DNA from: Eledone cirrhosa
Lineage: Eukaryota
NCBI GenBank assembly: GCA_964016885.1
Contig: OZ024740.1
Span: 144,708,001 to 144,772,000 of the forward strand
DNA length: 64,000 nt
Reading direction: 5' to 3'
How positions within the stretch are numbered: position 1 is the stretch's first letter; each line of letters begins with the position of its first letter. Positions 12,546 through 27,500 of this stretch are shown piece after piece. The notes under the pieces were generated by a model that worked only from the letters and a program-made list of their open reading frames with translations, ran no database searches and had not been told where the DNA came from. A program made the translations under genes and the position numbers.

Positions 12546-13357
12546 TTGTTAAACACATTAAATAAAATATTTAAATTAACTTAGGAATAAAAATTCCAAG
12601 TTTGAATCCAATATGATACTATGTACACATCAAGGAATTAGAACCTGATGACAAGTGGAAATCAAAATTAATCTAAACATTATGTAAACATTAAAAAAAA
12701 TTGTTCATCTCTAAAAATTAGCTTAACAGTCCCAAGTATTACAATCATATAGGTTAGATAATGTGTATCATAATATATTAAAACTTTTGGCATTATAATG
12801 ACAGATTCATGTTTAATAAAACTATTTTCTAATGTTTGGTTGAAGATTCAAAGCTGTTTTGTTAAAATTAAGTTGAATTTACTATGGGTAAAAGGAAACT
12901 CCAGCCTTCACAGTTAAATTGATATTAGGATTGACTTCGATATATGAAAGGGAAGATTTCATCATTTGAGGGATATTTTTTTGATAGCATATATAAAAAA
13001 ATAAATAAAAATTGGGGTTTTCACACCCCTCAGTAATGGTTTTGAATTAGTGGTCAGCTTCCAAGAAACCAAATTCCAATTCAATTCCTGATTGGAGTAG
13101 TTTCCAACCACCATGGCCATTCCAGATTTTATAAAAATGTATATGAAAAGCTCCAGATGCCTTTTATCTCCTAACAGTTGAACTAAGTCTTAGATTAATG
13201 ACAATTGGGTTGCAATGTAATTCTGAAAGAGTTGCAAAGCCAAAATCTTTTGTTTTTGAAATATATGATAAAATGTAAATTCTTCATAAATATGACACAC
13301 AGTAAGCCATCGTAATAGTGAGGACAATTCAATTGCAAACAAAACCTGTGGAATATA

Positions 13358-14190
13358 TCATCATCATCATCATCATCATCATCACCGTTTTACGTCCGTT
13401 CTTCCACGCTAGCATGGGTTAGACGGGTTGTCCTGTTGTGGGCAGTGTCTGGTCGGCTGACCATGCCTTGCTCATACAGGAACTGATCTGGCTTGATTTC
13501 TACAGCTGGATGCCCTTCCTAACACCAACCTCATTTACAGTGAGTGCTGGGTGCTTTTTCGTGGCGCCTACACGTCCACTTTACAGTGTGGGCTGGGTGC
13601 TTTTTTGCCGTGGCACCTCCACGACCACCTTGCGGTGGGGGGAGTGGGGGCATATTGTTTATATGCTTCAGCATGTACCCATGGGAGGTCGGGTACCCTG
13701 TATTACTGCGTGACGCCAGAAGTCACGGTCGTGTGTCATTGTCTTTGAGAGGTGTAGTTGGGTAAGGTCGGCTTTTATCACCTCATCCCAAGTCATCTTG
13801 AGTCTCCCCCACTCCGCGGTTTCCATCAACTTCTAGTGCTCTGCACCTTTTTATGCAGCTGTCATCCTTCATACGCATCACATGTCCATACCAGCGTAAC
13901 CGCCTCTCCTGTACGCAGCATTTGATTCCTCTTATGCTCAGTCTCTCTCTCAATTCCTTTATGCTTTGTCGTTCACGTATATTACTGTTACACATCCATC
14001 GGAGCATGCAGGCTTCGTTTCTCTCTAATCTACGTAAGTCTTCCACCTTCAGCGCCCAGGTCTCACTACCATGCAACATCGCTGTTCGGATACACGCATC
14101 ATACAGTCTGCCTTTCATTCTGAGGGAGAAGCCTTTTGCAGCTAGCAGTGGTAGTAGTTCCCTAAACTTCTTCCATCCCGTTCTTACCCT
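13358..14190 (-). mobile_element. 5'-truncated RTE LINE
   Basis: ORF 13783-14118 (KGRLYDACIRTAMLHGSETW...RRLRWYGHVMR) followed by 3' UTR and (gat)n tail. Confidence 0.9.
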
Positions 14191-14880
14191 CCAAGAAAAT
14201 TATCAAATATTTCATTTAGATATTAAAAAAAAAAAAGATTGCAGAAGGAATATTGATTTGCCAAAATGGGTTGTGATGGTAAAAAGTTGGGCACCTCTGT
14301 CTTGTAATCTTGTAGAGAAAACCTCATATGGTGTTTTCCCACTGTAATTTTTGTTATTAATATTTGTTAACAATTTATAAGTACTACATTTGAGATTTAA
14401 ATTTTTTTTATAAATCCTACCTAAGCTATGAAAGGCAGTGCTTATTTTCAATTTCCTAATGTGTAGCTGATGAGAGATTGATATTTTCCTAAATAGCATG
14501 CTGGTCTATCACAGTGAGCATGCCCAAATGATTTGGTACATATTTCTAACCACTAGATAAACTGAGACAATAATAATAATATAATAATAAATAATAATAA
14601 TAATGAAATTATTGTGTACAGTGCTCAGGTGCACTACAACTCATCAAAGGTGCATGTATAGTACATAGAATAATGTACAAATGTCAGGAAAATGAACAGT
14701 GTATGAGTCATGATATAATAACAATAACAATAATGAAATATTGTGTACAGTGCCCAGGTGCACCACAACTCATCAAAAAAAGTGCATGTACAGTACATAG
14801 GGCAATGCACAAACATCAGTAAAATGAAAAGTGCACGAGTCATGATACACACATGTGTGCATGTGTATGGAAGGGGTACA

Positions 14881-17645
14881 TCAGGTGTAGTTTTGGCGTA
14901 TTTCGGGAAGCATGAGTGTCTTAAAGGATGCAGTGTCTCGGCAGCTAACAATTGACGCAGGCAGTTTGTTCCATGCTTCAGCAACTCTGAGCGTGAAAAA
15001 ATGTCTACGAAAGTCATGGGAGCTGTGCTATTTTCTGATCTTGTAGGCATGTCCATGTGTGTTAGACACATGGAGATCAAAGAGGCACTCAGGGTTGCAA
15101 TTGGCGAGATGGTTAAAAACTTTGTGGGTATTCACCAAGTCCATTGCCAGACGTCAGAGCTTCAATGAATCCATGCCCAGGGAAGCAAGGCGTTCAGAGT
15201 ATGGTAGGTGTCTGATGGAGGGTATGCGCTTGGTTGCACGTCTCTGAACAGTTTCCAGGAGGTCAATGTTCCGAGCAAGATAGGGGTTCCAGACTGATGA
15301 TGCGAATTCCAAGTGTGGTCGCACCATAGCTGTATACAGTTTTAAATAGATGGCTGGAGAGCGGCTAATAAAGGTCTTGCTGAGTGATGCCAAGACACCC
15401 TCGGCCTTCTTGACAATCTTAGAGACATGCTTGTCCAACGCAAATCGTTGCTGACAGTAATGCCCAGGTCACGTTCACAAGAGGACTTTTTGATATCAGT
15501 GTTGTGGAGGGAGTATGTGGACGCTGGATTTTTCCTTCCAAAAGGCATGGTGGTACACTTGTCCACAGCCAGCTTCAGTTGCCAGTCTGTGATCCATTGC
15601 TGCATTGTGTCCAGGTCTGATTGTAGGAAAGAGTTGTAAATTTCAGGATCAGTCCTTTTGATTTCAAGGTACAGCTTGATGTCATCTGCATATTTTAGTA
15701 CCGTGGCATTCTGTAAGTTGGCATCTATGTCATTAATATATGCCACAAACAAAAGAGGACCAAGAACAGATCCCTGTGGTACACCAGATGACATCTCATA
15801 TGGTGAAGAATACTGTCCTAGAACCGTGACTACTTCCTTTCGGCTGAGAATGAAGGATTTCAACCAGTCGAAAAGATCATCCCTCACACCCATTGCAGAG
15901 AGTTTTGCCATAAGTCTTTTGTGTGGCACAGAATTAAAAGCCTTAGCAAAGTCAAGGTAAACAACATCCACCCATGAGCCGCTGTCAGTGATCCGGGTGA
16001 TGTTCTCAAGGAACTCGATAAGCTGATCACAGCAGCTGGAGTTAGGGATAAATCCAAACTGTGAGGGCCGGATGAGGCTGTGAGAAATCCAGAAGTTCCA
16101 AAGTGTTTCTCTGACACAGGATTCCATCAGTTTGGCCATACAGCTAGTAAGACTGACTGGACGATAGTTGACAGGTGACATGCGGTTGCCCTTTTTGAAC
16201 AGGGGAATGACACTGGCAGTTTTCCACTGCTCCGGAGTAGCACCATTGTTGAGACAGTATTGAAAGAAGAAAGAAAGCTGGTGCAAAAGAAAGTACCCGC
16301 CACGTTTGAGAAGCAGGTATGTAACACCATCAAGACCAGGGGAGGCATAGTTGCGCTTATTCTTAAGGTGACTTCGCAACATTGCAGGTGTAAATTCCAT
16401 AGTTGTTATGGAATTTGATGTTAGAGATGGTGGAGATGGTACATTCTGGTTTTCAACAGTAAAAATACTTGCATAGCACTCAGCAATGAGTTCTGCGCAT
16501 TCCTTGGGATCGTCAGTGATCTGGCTTGTGTGGGGATTGCGAAGAGGACCAACTGGAGAGTGAGGTCTTTGCTTTGAATTAACATATTTCCAGAACACCT
16601 TACTGTCAGGATTGGTTGCGATGCACTGTTCAAATTCAAGCACTGCCTTCTTTGTCACTTGCTTGAGATGGTTAGAAGATTTATTCCGCTTTTTTCTGTT
16701 GGCATCTGATTTATGCAGTTTATATTCCCGTTCAGCGTTCCGACGTTCTTTCCTGGCAAGTCGGACCGCTGAAGTTTCCCAGATTGCACTTTTGGGGTGG
16801 TTATTTTTCCGCTTCCGTGGCACTGATGCTGCACACGCTATCCATATTGAGTCCAGGATGCTCTGGAGTATAGAGTTCACATCTCCAGAGTTATAGAACT
16901 CATGCCAGTTTGGGCGCTGTAGCTCAGTGCAGTACAAGTTCCATTCTGCTTTCTTCCAATCAAAGCAAGCAGATTGGAGATGGCTCTGGTTTTTGTTGCT
17001 GCCCTCAAGTGCCAGATTGGCAATGATCATAGTATGATCAGAGTCGCCTAGAGGTTCCTCAGTAGTACAACTGATAACCACTTCAGGAGTAGTGGTGAAG
17101 ATCAGGTCCAAAGTGTTGTCACCTCTTGTTGGAGAGGTGACTACTTGTGACCAGTTTGAGTCCAGCACTAGTTCAAGGAAATCGTTTGCACCTTGTGGCC
17201 AACGAAAGGTTTCCCAATCGATCTCAGGATGATTGAAGTCACCTGCAATAAACACATAAGTGGCTGTTTTCTTGGCAGCAACTCTGAGGATATCGCAAAG
17301 CTGTGTGTCCTGATGGTAGTTTGGGGGGCGATAAACAACACCAAGCAGAAGTGTTGACATGGTCATACGTATGTCACAGAAAAAAACTTCTTCCTGTGAT
17401 TCGTTCAAATCAACGCAAGGAATTACTGAAAAGTTTGAACGAACGTAGACCATCACACCACCACCACGGCGATTAATGCGGTCCTTGCGGAAAAGGTTGT
17501 ACCCAGTAATGCTGAAAACCCCATCACAGAGTAAGGAATGTGCCCATGTTTCCGTGACTGTGATGAAGTCAGGGTCGATGCTTCTCACGTAGGATTCGAA
17601 CAGATGTATCTTGTTGCATAAACTGCGAGCATTTAAGGACAACAA
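14881..17645 (-). pseudogene. CR1 ORF2 (APE endonuclease and reverse transcriptase), two lesions
   Basis: SLNARSL, VTETW, GDFN, SDH, NYRPVSLTS, YLDFAKAF, GVPQGSVLGPLLF, YADD. 1-bp deletion near 15431 relative to the copies at 23541 and 29131; premature TGA at 15154-15156; natural stop at 14881-14883. Confidence 0.9.
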
Positions 17646-17701
17646 TTTGTACCCTGCTCACAGTTTATGATGGTGTGTAGAGGGTGGCAGGTTGTTCTGG
17701 T

Positions 17702-19051
<1,350 letters not shown>

Positions 19052-19125
19052 ATTCCATCCATCATAGCATTATGATGTCTCTTTTGTAGACAAATAACCT
19101 CCAGTGGATTTGAATTCATAACATA

Positions 19126-19464
19126 TTCATTTCATTTTCATTTTACGTCCGCTTTTTCCCTGCTTGCAAGGGTGAGATGGGAACTGATTCTGGCTTGATT
19201 TCTACAGCTGGATGCCCTTCCTAACACCAACCTCATTTACAGTGAGTGCTGGGTGCTTTTTTGCAGTGGCACATCCACGACCACTTTGCAGTGGAATGAT
19301 ATGGACCCCAGTCCCTATCATCTCATTTCTACAGCTGAGTAAACTGGAGCAATGTGAAATAAAGTGTCTTGCTCAAGGAAACAACACATCACCCGGTCTG
19401 AGAATTGAACTCACAACCTTTCAATTGCAAGGCCAATGCTCTAACCACTAAGCCATGTGCCTCC
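19126..19464 (-). mobile_element. Young composite SINE family B (tRNA head, CORE-like block, RTE tail)
   Basis: Near-identical to 46725-47060 and 59398-59733. Confidence 0.88.
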
Positions 19465-20829
19465 ATATAAAGAGTCTAATACGTTAAGAATTTAGTCATC
19501 TCATTTCTACACTAAATTTGGTAGCAGCTTTCTGTCACTGAAATGGAAAGTGGTTGTGCAATTGCTTGATGATAGCCAATGAGTTTTTTGCATTACTACC
19601 ATGTGCAACACTAACATTATTAGTGTTAGTCATGTATACACAATCAGTGTGTATGTTATAAGTTGCACTTTTCATAAATTTTTAGCAGAGCTTTTTTTCT
19701 GACTGGATGCCTGTCCTTTCATCAACAACTTTACAACATAGACTGAGTGAATTTTATCGTGTCACCAACACTAGAGAGGTTGTCTGACAGGATTTAAGGG
19801 TTCTCTCAGTTTTTTATTCAGATTGACTGCTTTCTTAGATAGGTTGCCATCATCTACCCCTCCCCAAAGATAATAATGGATGCATATACTTATTCAAATT
19901 ATATTCAGATAATACATTATACAAATTATATCCAGTTAATTTATTTTATTCACAAGTGGAGTAATTCATTATATCATGGTGATTGTGAATATATTTAGTT
20001 CAGTAAGTAGCCACCATTACAACATATCCCATGAGCCGGTGGAGGGAAACGGCATTAAATATATATATATATCAACCATTCTTAATCTTTCCGACTCTGT
20101 AAAATACGCTGAACCATATTTTGTTTTAACCAGTTGTTTTAAAGATCAGATCCATTCCTGTACAGTATTTTCTATATTTTCTATTATTCTCAATGCATTG
20201 ATTTTTTAAATGAGTTATCTCCCTTGCTTCTTTTAATTTTATTTTTTAAACATTAGAAACCACTAAGGTTTAGTTTTTATCTAGTAATTTCATGGATAAT
20301 CTTAGTTATTACATTACACATGTGAGACTCTTTTTTTTTCAGCCATAGTCACCATTATTATTTAACATCAATTTTCCCTGCTAGTCATGATTGGATGGGT
20401 CATCATTAACCAAATGATTACTTGATTGGAGCTATTGAACTATCAGATGAGCTGAGGGTCACATCTTACTTATATATGTTCACTGGATTCATTTTATCAA
20501 GTCACCAATATTATAGAGGTTGGCACAACTGAAGAGAACTCTTGATCCTACGTTGGCAAGTTTTCTACAACTGGGTGCCCTTCTTATTACCAACCCCTTT
20601 ACAGAGTGTACTGAATGTGTTTTATCGTAACACCAACACTAGAGAGGTTGTTGTGCCCTTGACACAACTGAAGTGTCTTCTTCACCCTTTTTCCTGCTTG
20701 ATGTCTTTCCTATCACCAACCCCTTTACAGAGTATACTTGGTGCATTTTATCATGTCACCAACACTATTGTTAAATATTAATACTCTGTTCAATGAATTA
20801 AAAATTACTGCTTTCTATATTTAGGTGAA

Positions 20830-21008
20830 AGGTTAACAAATTTTATTAAATCAACCCCAGTACTTAACTGGTACTTTATTTTATCAACCTTAAATGATGA
20901 AAGGCAAAGTCGACCTCGGTGAGACCTGAACTCAGAATGTAAAGAGTCAGAACAAATACTGCAATGGCATTTTATCCGATATTCTACCAATTCTGCTAGT
21001 CCGCCACA
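20830..21008 (-). mobile_element. tRNA-derived SINE family A
   Basis: ccccagtacttaactggtactttattttatc...gatgaaaggcaaagtcgacctcgg...gaactcagaatgtaaagag. Confidence 0.75.
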
Positions 21009-22824
21009 CTTATGGATTGAAAAATATTAAAAACATTATTAATTCTTGAAATAATTGATAACCATTTCTTTATCAAATTTTATAAGGTAACAAAAAATTT
21101 AAATGGATGAAGTATTGGATTGTACACATAAGGGTCATGCTATTATGGATAAATGACCTTGCTTTAAAGATTTATTTCTTAATTTTGTTTTATATATACC
21201 AGTATAAGCTTGTAACAAAATTATTGCTGGGTTAAATTTGTTGTGTTTACAAGAACACTGCATGTCATTACATTTTCATATGCTATATTCATCATCCCAG
21301 ATTGAAATAACTATGATGACATCAACGAAAACAGCAATGTTGTCGTCTAAAGATACATTGAAATAACTCAGACACTAGGCGAATTCTTTTTTTCTTCATC
21401 TTCACCAAACAGAAATATACAATGGTCACTTAGGACTGCTACATGTGGCTAGCTATTTTTGGCCAGCCAAACACTGACAAAAGCTGTCTAATTTCTTAAC
21501 CTCTCTGCAAATACATTCATTCTATCTCACTCTCAAGTTCTATCTCATTTAAACACAATTACATCATAACAGAGTACTCTTTTTATGTTTATAATCATAT
21601 TTCTATGAACTCTATAAAATAATATAGTGTAATATGGTTTCATTGAATTCCATGGTTAAAATAAATAGGTAATTAGCAGTCTGTAACCTTGTTGGTCTTG
21701 AATTCCAACGTTTTGGAGAGATTGCTTTATCCCACTTCAGTCAAACATCAACACATATAGCACATGACCAACAAAATATTTCTGCTATAAGCTTATTAAC
21801 AATCACCTCTATTATCATCTATTCATTGACTTCATTAGAAAAGTTATATCTTGAACAACCCTTCTCTTCTAATAAATGAGTATCGCTTTTATAAAAATAA
21901 CAATGAGCTCTGAACTATAGTTTGTCTGCCAGTATTAACAAACCATTAAGCAATCAGGTATTATAGGTATTTGTAATCATTAATTGAGCCTAATGTTGGT
22001 AGATAACAGGTTTCTGTAAAAGGTCACTCCAATTTTATTCAAATATATCTCTTAAATATTTAATCTTGTACCATTTCAATTTCAGATTACTAAAGAGTAA
22101 TCAAATCATCACCCTCCCCTCATTGGGTAAAGAAGGCTCTTTAGTTAAATCAATGACAACAATCTTTCTAGTGCTGGTTGCTATGGTAAAATGCACTCAT
22201 TAAACTCTGTAAAATGGTTGTGTTAAGAATAATTTCTAGCAGTAGAAATCGTGCCAAAATGAGTTGAGAGAAACTTTCAGTCATGACATAACAACTTCTT
22301 TTAAAATGCACCCAATACACACTATAAGGTGGCTGATAACAAAAAGGTTATCTGGCGATAAAAACCATGACAAAAATGGGTTGAGAAGACTCTTCAGTTT
22401 TATCAACAACACAACAACCACTCTAGTGTTAGTGCCATGATAAACGCACCCAGTACTCTCTGTAAAATGGTTGGTGATAGGAATGGCATCCATCCATAGA
22501 AAGCTTGCCAAATAAAAGGTCAAAATGACTCATTAGTTGTGCTGGTGCCACTATAAAATGTACCCATTATAATCTGTAGAATACGGGAACATATGTAAAC
22601 GAGATGTACCCTCCTCTGGTCCATCTGAGAAGTCAATGACTCCAGCTAATTGGTGACTTAGTCTGTGATGGCCTGTCCAACCCTTGCTAGCAGGCAAAAC
22701 GGACATTAAATAATAGTGATGATGATGATGTTATCAAATTTCAATAGAAATTTTATATTTCTGCTAAAAAGTTTCATATAAACCAACAGTTTATAATATA
22801 AAGGAACTGCAGATTTCATCTCTC

Positions 22825-23852
22825 TAATTATAATATAATATAATAATGAAATATTGTGTACAGTGCTCAGGTGCACTACAACTCATCAAAAAGTGTATGT
22901 ATAGTACATAGGGTAATGTACAAACGTCAGGAAAATGAACAGTGCATGAGTCATGATATACACATGTGTGCATGTGTATGGAAGGGGTACATCAGGTGTA
23001 GTTTTGGCGAATTTCGGGAGGCATGAGGGTTTTAAAGGATGCAGTGTCTCGGCAGCTAACAACTGATGCAGGCAGTTTGTTCCATGCTTCAGCAACTCTG
23101 AGCGTGAAAAAATATTTACGAAAGTCATGGGAGCTGTGCTGTTTTCTGATTTTGTAGGCATGTCCACGTGTGTTAGACACATGGAGATCAAAAAGGTGCT
23201 CAGGGTTGTTGTTGGCGAGATGATTAATAACTTTGTGGGTGTTTACCAAGTCCATTGCCAGAGGTCGGAGCTTCAATGAATTCATGCCCAGGGAAGCAAG
23301 GCGTTCAGAGTATGGTAGGCGTCTGATGGAGGGTATGCGCTTGGTTGCACGTCTCTGAACAGTTTCCAGGAGGTCAATGTTCTGAGCAAGATAGTGGTTC
23401 CAGACTGATGATGCGAATTCCAAGTGTGGTCGTACCATAGCTGTATACAGCTTTAAATAGATGGCTGGAGAGCTGCTAACAAAGGTCTTGCTGAGTGATG
23501 CCAAGACACCCTCGGCCTTCTTGACAATCTTAGAGACATGCTTTGTCCAACACAAATCGCTGCTGACAGTAATGCCCAGGTCACGTTCACAAGAGGACTT
23601 CTTGATATCAGTGTTGTGGAGGGAGTATGAGGACGCTGGATTTTTCCTCCCAAAATGCATGGTGGTACACTTGTCCACAGCCAGCTTCAGTTGCCAGTCT
23701 GTGATCCATTGCTGCATTGTGTCCAGGTCTCAGTCCTTTTGATTTCAAAGTACAGCTTGATGTCATCTGCATATTTCAGTACCGTGGCATTCTTTAAGTT
23801 GGCATCTATGTCATTAATATATGCCACAAACAAAAGGGGACCAAGAACAGAT
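22825..23852 (-). mobile_element. 5'-truncated CR1 copy
   Basis: ORF 22992-23717 matches the ORF2 C-terminus of the 14.6-19 kb element; small internal deletion at ~23730. Confidence 0.92.
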
Positions 23853-24334
23853 TTATTTTTAAACATTGTGATTTAAAGATTACAATATAACATTGCTTGT
23901 GTCATAGATTGTTAGCTTATCTAAGGAATTTGAATAATTAAATTTCAAGAATTAAAAAAATTGGAAATGAATTAAAATGTTTGATATCAGTGAAAAGAAT
24001 ACGGATTTTAATTAAGCAGATGAAGTACTATTTGAAAAATAGAATGGAATATCAATTTTTTTCTGTGGCATTGGGAGGTTATTGCCTTTAAAATATAGAA
24101 CATTTGAATATGCTTCGTCGTGAGAATTTGTTTTCTAAGCAGTTTCAATAATTTCAACATCTTACTCTTAGTATCTGTGAGTATTCTCAGCATCTTAATC
24201 TAGGAGATTTATAAACTTTTTGAAAAGTTTGAAGCATACAACTCTTGGGAAATTGTTGTTGATATAAATGAATTTGTTATCACTTGATATAGTGATTCCA
24301 AAGTAAGTTCTTCTGCTTCATGATATATTTCATC

Positions 24335-24563
24335 TTAACTCTTTCATTATCGTATATCTATTGAAACACATTGCTTATGATTTTCAAATAATTTTGAGGG
24401 GTTTAGTAATATAACTAAATTTCTCATTATTAAGCTGACATTTGGTACATAACATAATAAAGGTTCTTACATGAAATTATGATGAAATGTTTTTAAGCAA
24501 ATCTAAACACTCTGAAACAAACAGTTTTGTATAGTAGAAGTAGTTTGATATCAAAAGGGTTAA
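24335..24563. mobile_element. TTAA-flanked MITE (family 2)
   Basis: ttaactctttcattatc...gatatcaaaagggttaa; similar to 62951-63141 and 35282-35533. Confidence 0.7.
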
Positions 24564-27500
24564 ATTGACAAGAAAATGCACATTTGATTACACCAAGCTA
24601 GTTGAACAAGCCAATGTAGCTTCCAAAATCGTGATTATCTGGTTAGAAATATACACTCTTTTGTCACCATGAAAAAATATTTTACATTAGGATCAACTAT
24701 ATTTTCATATATGTAATTTAATGTATAATGTATTGTGTAATTAACATAACATATACTATTCTTTTTAATTTATTTCCTATTTTCTGAAATATTAATAAAT
24801 ATAGTGACACGGCAAAAAAAAACAAAAAAACACCCAGTCTACCCTGTTAGATGGTTACTCTTGTTCCACAATATAAAGTACCCAGTCCACGTTGTAATGT
24901 GATTGGCATTAGGAAGAGAATTTAACCATAGAAACCAAACCCAAAATCCATCCATATGAGCAAGACATGGTCACCTGAGAACCCATCTGACCGATGCAAG
25001 CATGGAAAATAGACGCCAGATGGTGAAGAATATTTAAGCCTATCGTTTATAGTTTATGAAATAATATTAAAGTTTATTTTATTATACCAAGCCCACTCTG
25101 GTTCACTAACCTTCTATATTTCACTACATGCATGCACAAATATCCCATAACCCATTTAATTATTACATAAGAGAATTTTAAATCCATGACACACCCCTAT
25201 TGTTACCTTTTCACATAGCTCATGCTGCTTTTCTACCCACCATTGCCATTATCCATCCTCTAATAATTTATCACACTGTTTCCTCTTTCACATTCTCTCC
25301 TCTTACAACTATTGGTCATCACTCCTTCTTAATCATGTTTGTCTTGAAAGAATGAAAACTACAATGAATGGAGGGGCCTCTTTAGCCTTGCAATAGTCAA
25401 GACAACCTCTCTTGTGTTAGTTCTACATAAAATACACTCAGTAAAGTGGTTGATGATTGAACAGATACAACACAAAGACTAGTAATTTATGTATCAACCT
25501 TGAAAGGTCAAGTTGACTGCGGTGAGATTTGAACTTAGCGAGCTGGAAAAAGTAGTGATGCATCTATCAGATGTTTTATTCATCTTGTCAACTTATCAAG
25601 TGATATTTGATTGAAAAGATTTAATAAAAAATACTAGTTAAAGTTAAAAATACTAGTCAGATAGATATATTTTTATAATGTAAATAATTCTAAATATTTC
25701 ATATAGGCAGGCTCTAAATTTTTTTAAAGTAAGTATGCTATCTTTTGGGATTTTAATGTCCATTCAATATGATCATTTGAAAATATTGTTATGGAGACTT
25801 ATTGAATAGTTATTCAATACTTTCAGATTTTTGACATCATTCTACGATCTACGATTTATTTTTATTATCCGAAAAAAATCATTACTCTTTTGATGTAAAA
25901 TATTTATTACGAGTTTTGATGAAATTGAAAAAGTAAAAGTTACCTCCCTTGAACTATAATTTCTATATAGTTCGGAGATTATCTAAATACTAAGAGCTCA
26001 AATGTGTAACTAGCGGTTTTGTTTGTTGTTTTTGTTTAGCCCTAATCTAGATGCTGACATTCCAGACCATATTTCTTAAGTATCAAGGACTACAAAAATA
26101 TGTGACCGTCCTTTCCTTTTTTTTTAGATGAAAGGATGCATTTTTAAGTAAGATTCGGTTGTTCTCCTAGACATGCTGGCTATTTGTATTCTTTCATTGG
26201 TGTGCAAAATGTGTCCTTGCTGAAAATATTTTATTCTTAACATCTGAATAGATTACCAATACAGAGTGGGTTACAAATAAATGAATAGATGGAGTCATAT
26301 CCATAAGTATTTAGTTTCAAAAAGGTACTTGTGGGGCTAATTTCACACTGAGATTAAATACATATGAATATTACTCTGTATATTTATTTATTCTCAGCAC
26401 CTTAATCTAGTTAGTTGCAGATGGTTATCATTCACCACTACAAGCAGCAATATCACTGTAAAATTGATGAGTGATATGTGGTATGCAATACTGAGATTAA
26501 TTGCTTCCAAAGGAAAAGATAGACTGGTATCCCATTTAGTAGAAGATTGTCTTTCCCTATTTAATTATACAGAAACTCGAGATAAGCACTAGCCCAAATC
26601 CATGAAAGCAAATTATAGAATTTAAATTTTGTTACTTTATCTTTATTTTTCAGAAATATAAAATTTTAAAGACTATGTTAGCTAAATGACTCTGTTTTCC
26701 CTACTGGCAATGATTGAACATGTTGTCACTGACCAGTCATTCTCAAGAAGAGCCACAAACATGCATGTATGCTTGGGGCCTGCATCCTGCTTACATATAT
26801 TCTCTATTACTTCAAAGGGTTGAGGGCCTGACATACAACCCTGTGCTATACGAATGGATTTTATTGTGACTCCAACTCTTAGGGAAGTTGTCATGATTTT
26901 GACACAGTTAGAGTCCTTCTTATCCAAAGCACAAATATGTTATTTGAAGGACCTCCCAAAACAATGTTTCGTGCATTCTTTTTACTTCTTAATTGTCATT
27001 ATCATAGCCATCCTTATTAGGCTATTGATTAAAATGAAATAGATTAAATATTGAATTGAGCAGGGAGATATTATAGTCATACTCTAAGACAAAAACCAAT
27101 GATGAAAAGATTATAGCTTGTAAAGCACCATATAATCTTGAATAAGTTGAAATTATTTATAATCTTGGAGGACCTTTCATTGTGACCACATATTCTTTAT
27201 AGAGTCATGATTGCATCACAAAAGTTGAACATTAACATTAAATATAAATTCAGTGGTGAACTAAATGCGGAGCTTAAACAGATGGGTGTCTCTACCTGAG
27301 CTCTCTTCTTTGCAACAGAGCTCTAGATGTAATTATTCAGGATTTCAGAACTAGATTGTTATGAAAATTTTTACCCACTGACAACCTATTTCTAATGGCA
27401 GAATTTGTTCAAAAACTGCAGACATGGTGTGAACTAGAAAGGATTGCCTTAAATTAAAAGCCCTAAAGTTGAACATGAAGGCTAAACTACTTGTAAGTGT

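Noticed and set aside
21680-21888. Open plus-strand frame containing LRR-like LTSLEKLYL
   Set aside because: Single motif without the LRR Asn or repeats, and no supporting neighbouring exons.
24010-24334. Protein-like minus-strand stretch (DEIYHEAEELTLESLYQ..., YSNVLYFKGNNLP)
   Set aside because: Multiple stops and a frame change, with no recognisable family.
26682-26927. 81-aa minus-strand ORF as a host exon
   Set aside because: Nucleotide sequence matches the decayed repeat at 43580-43740, which ends in an RTE-type tail.
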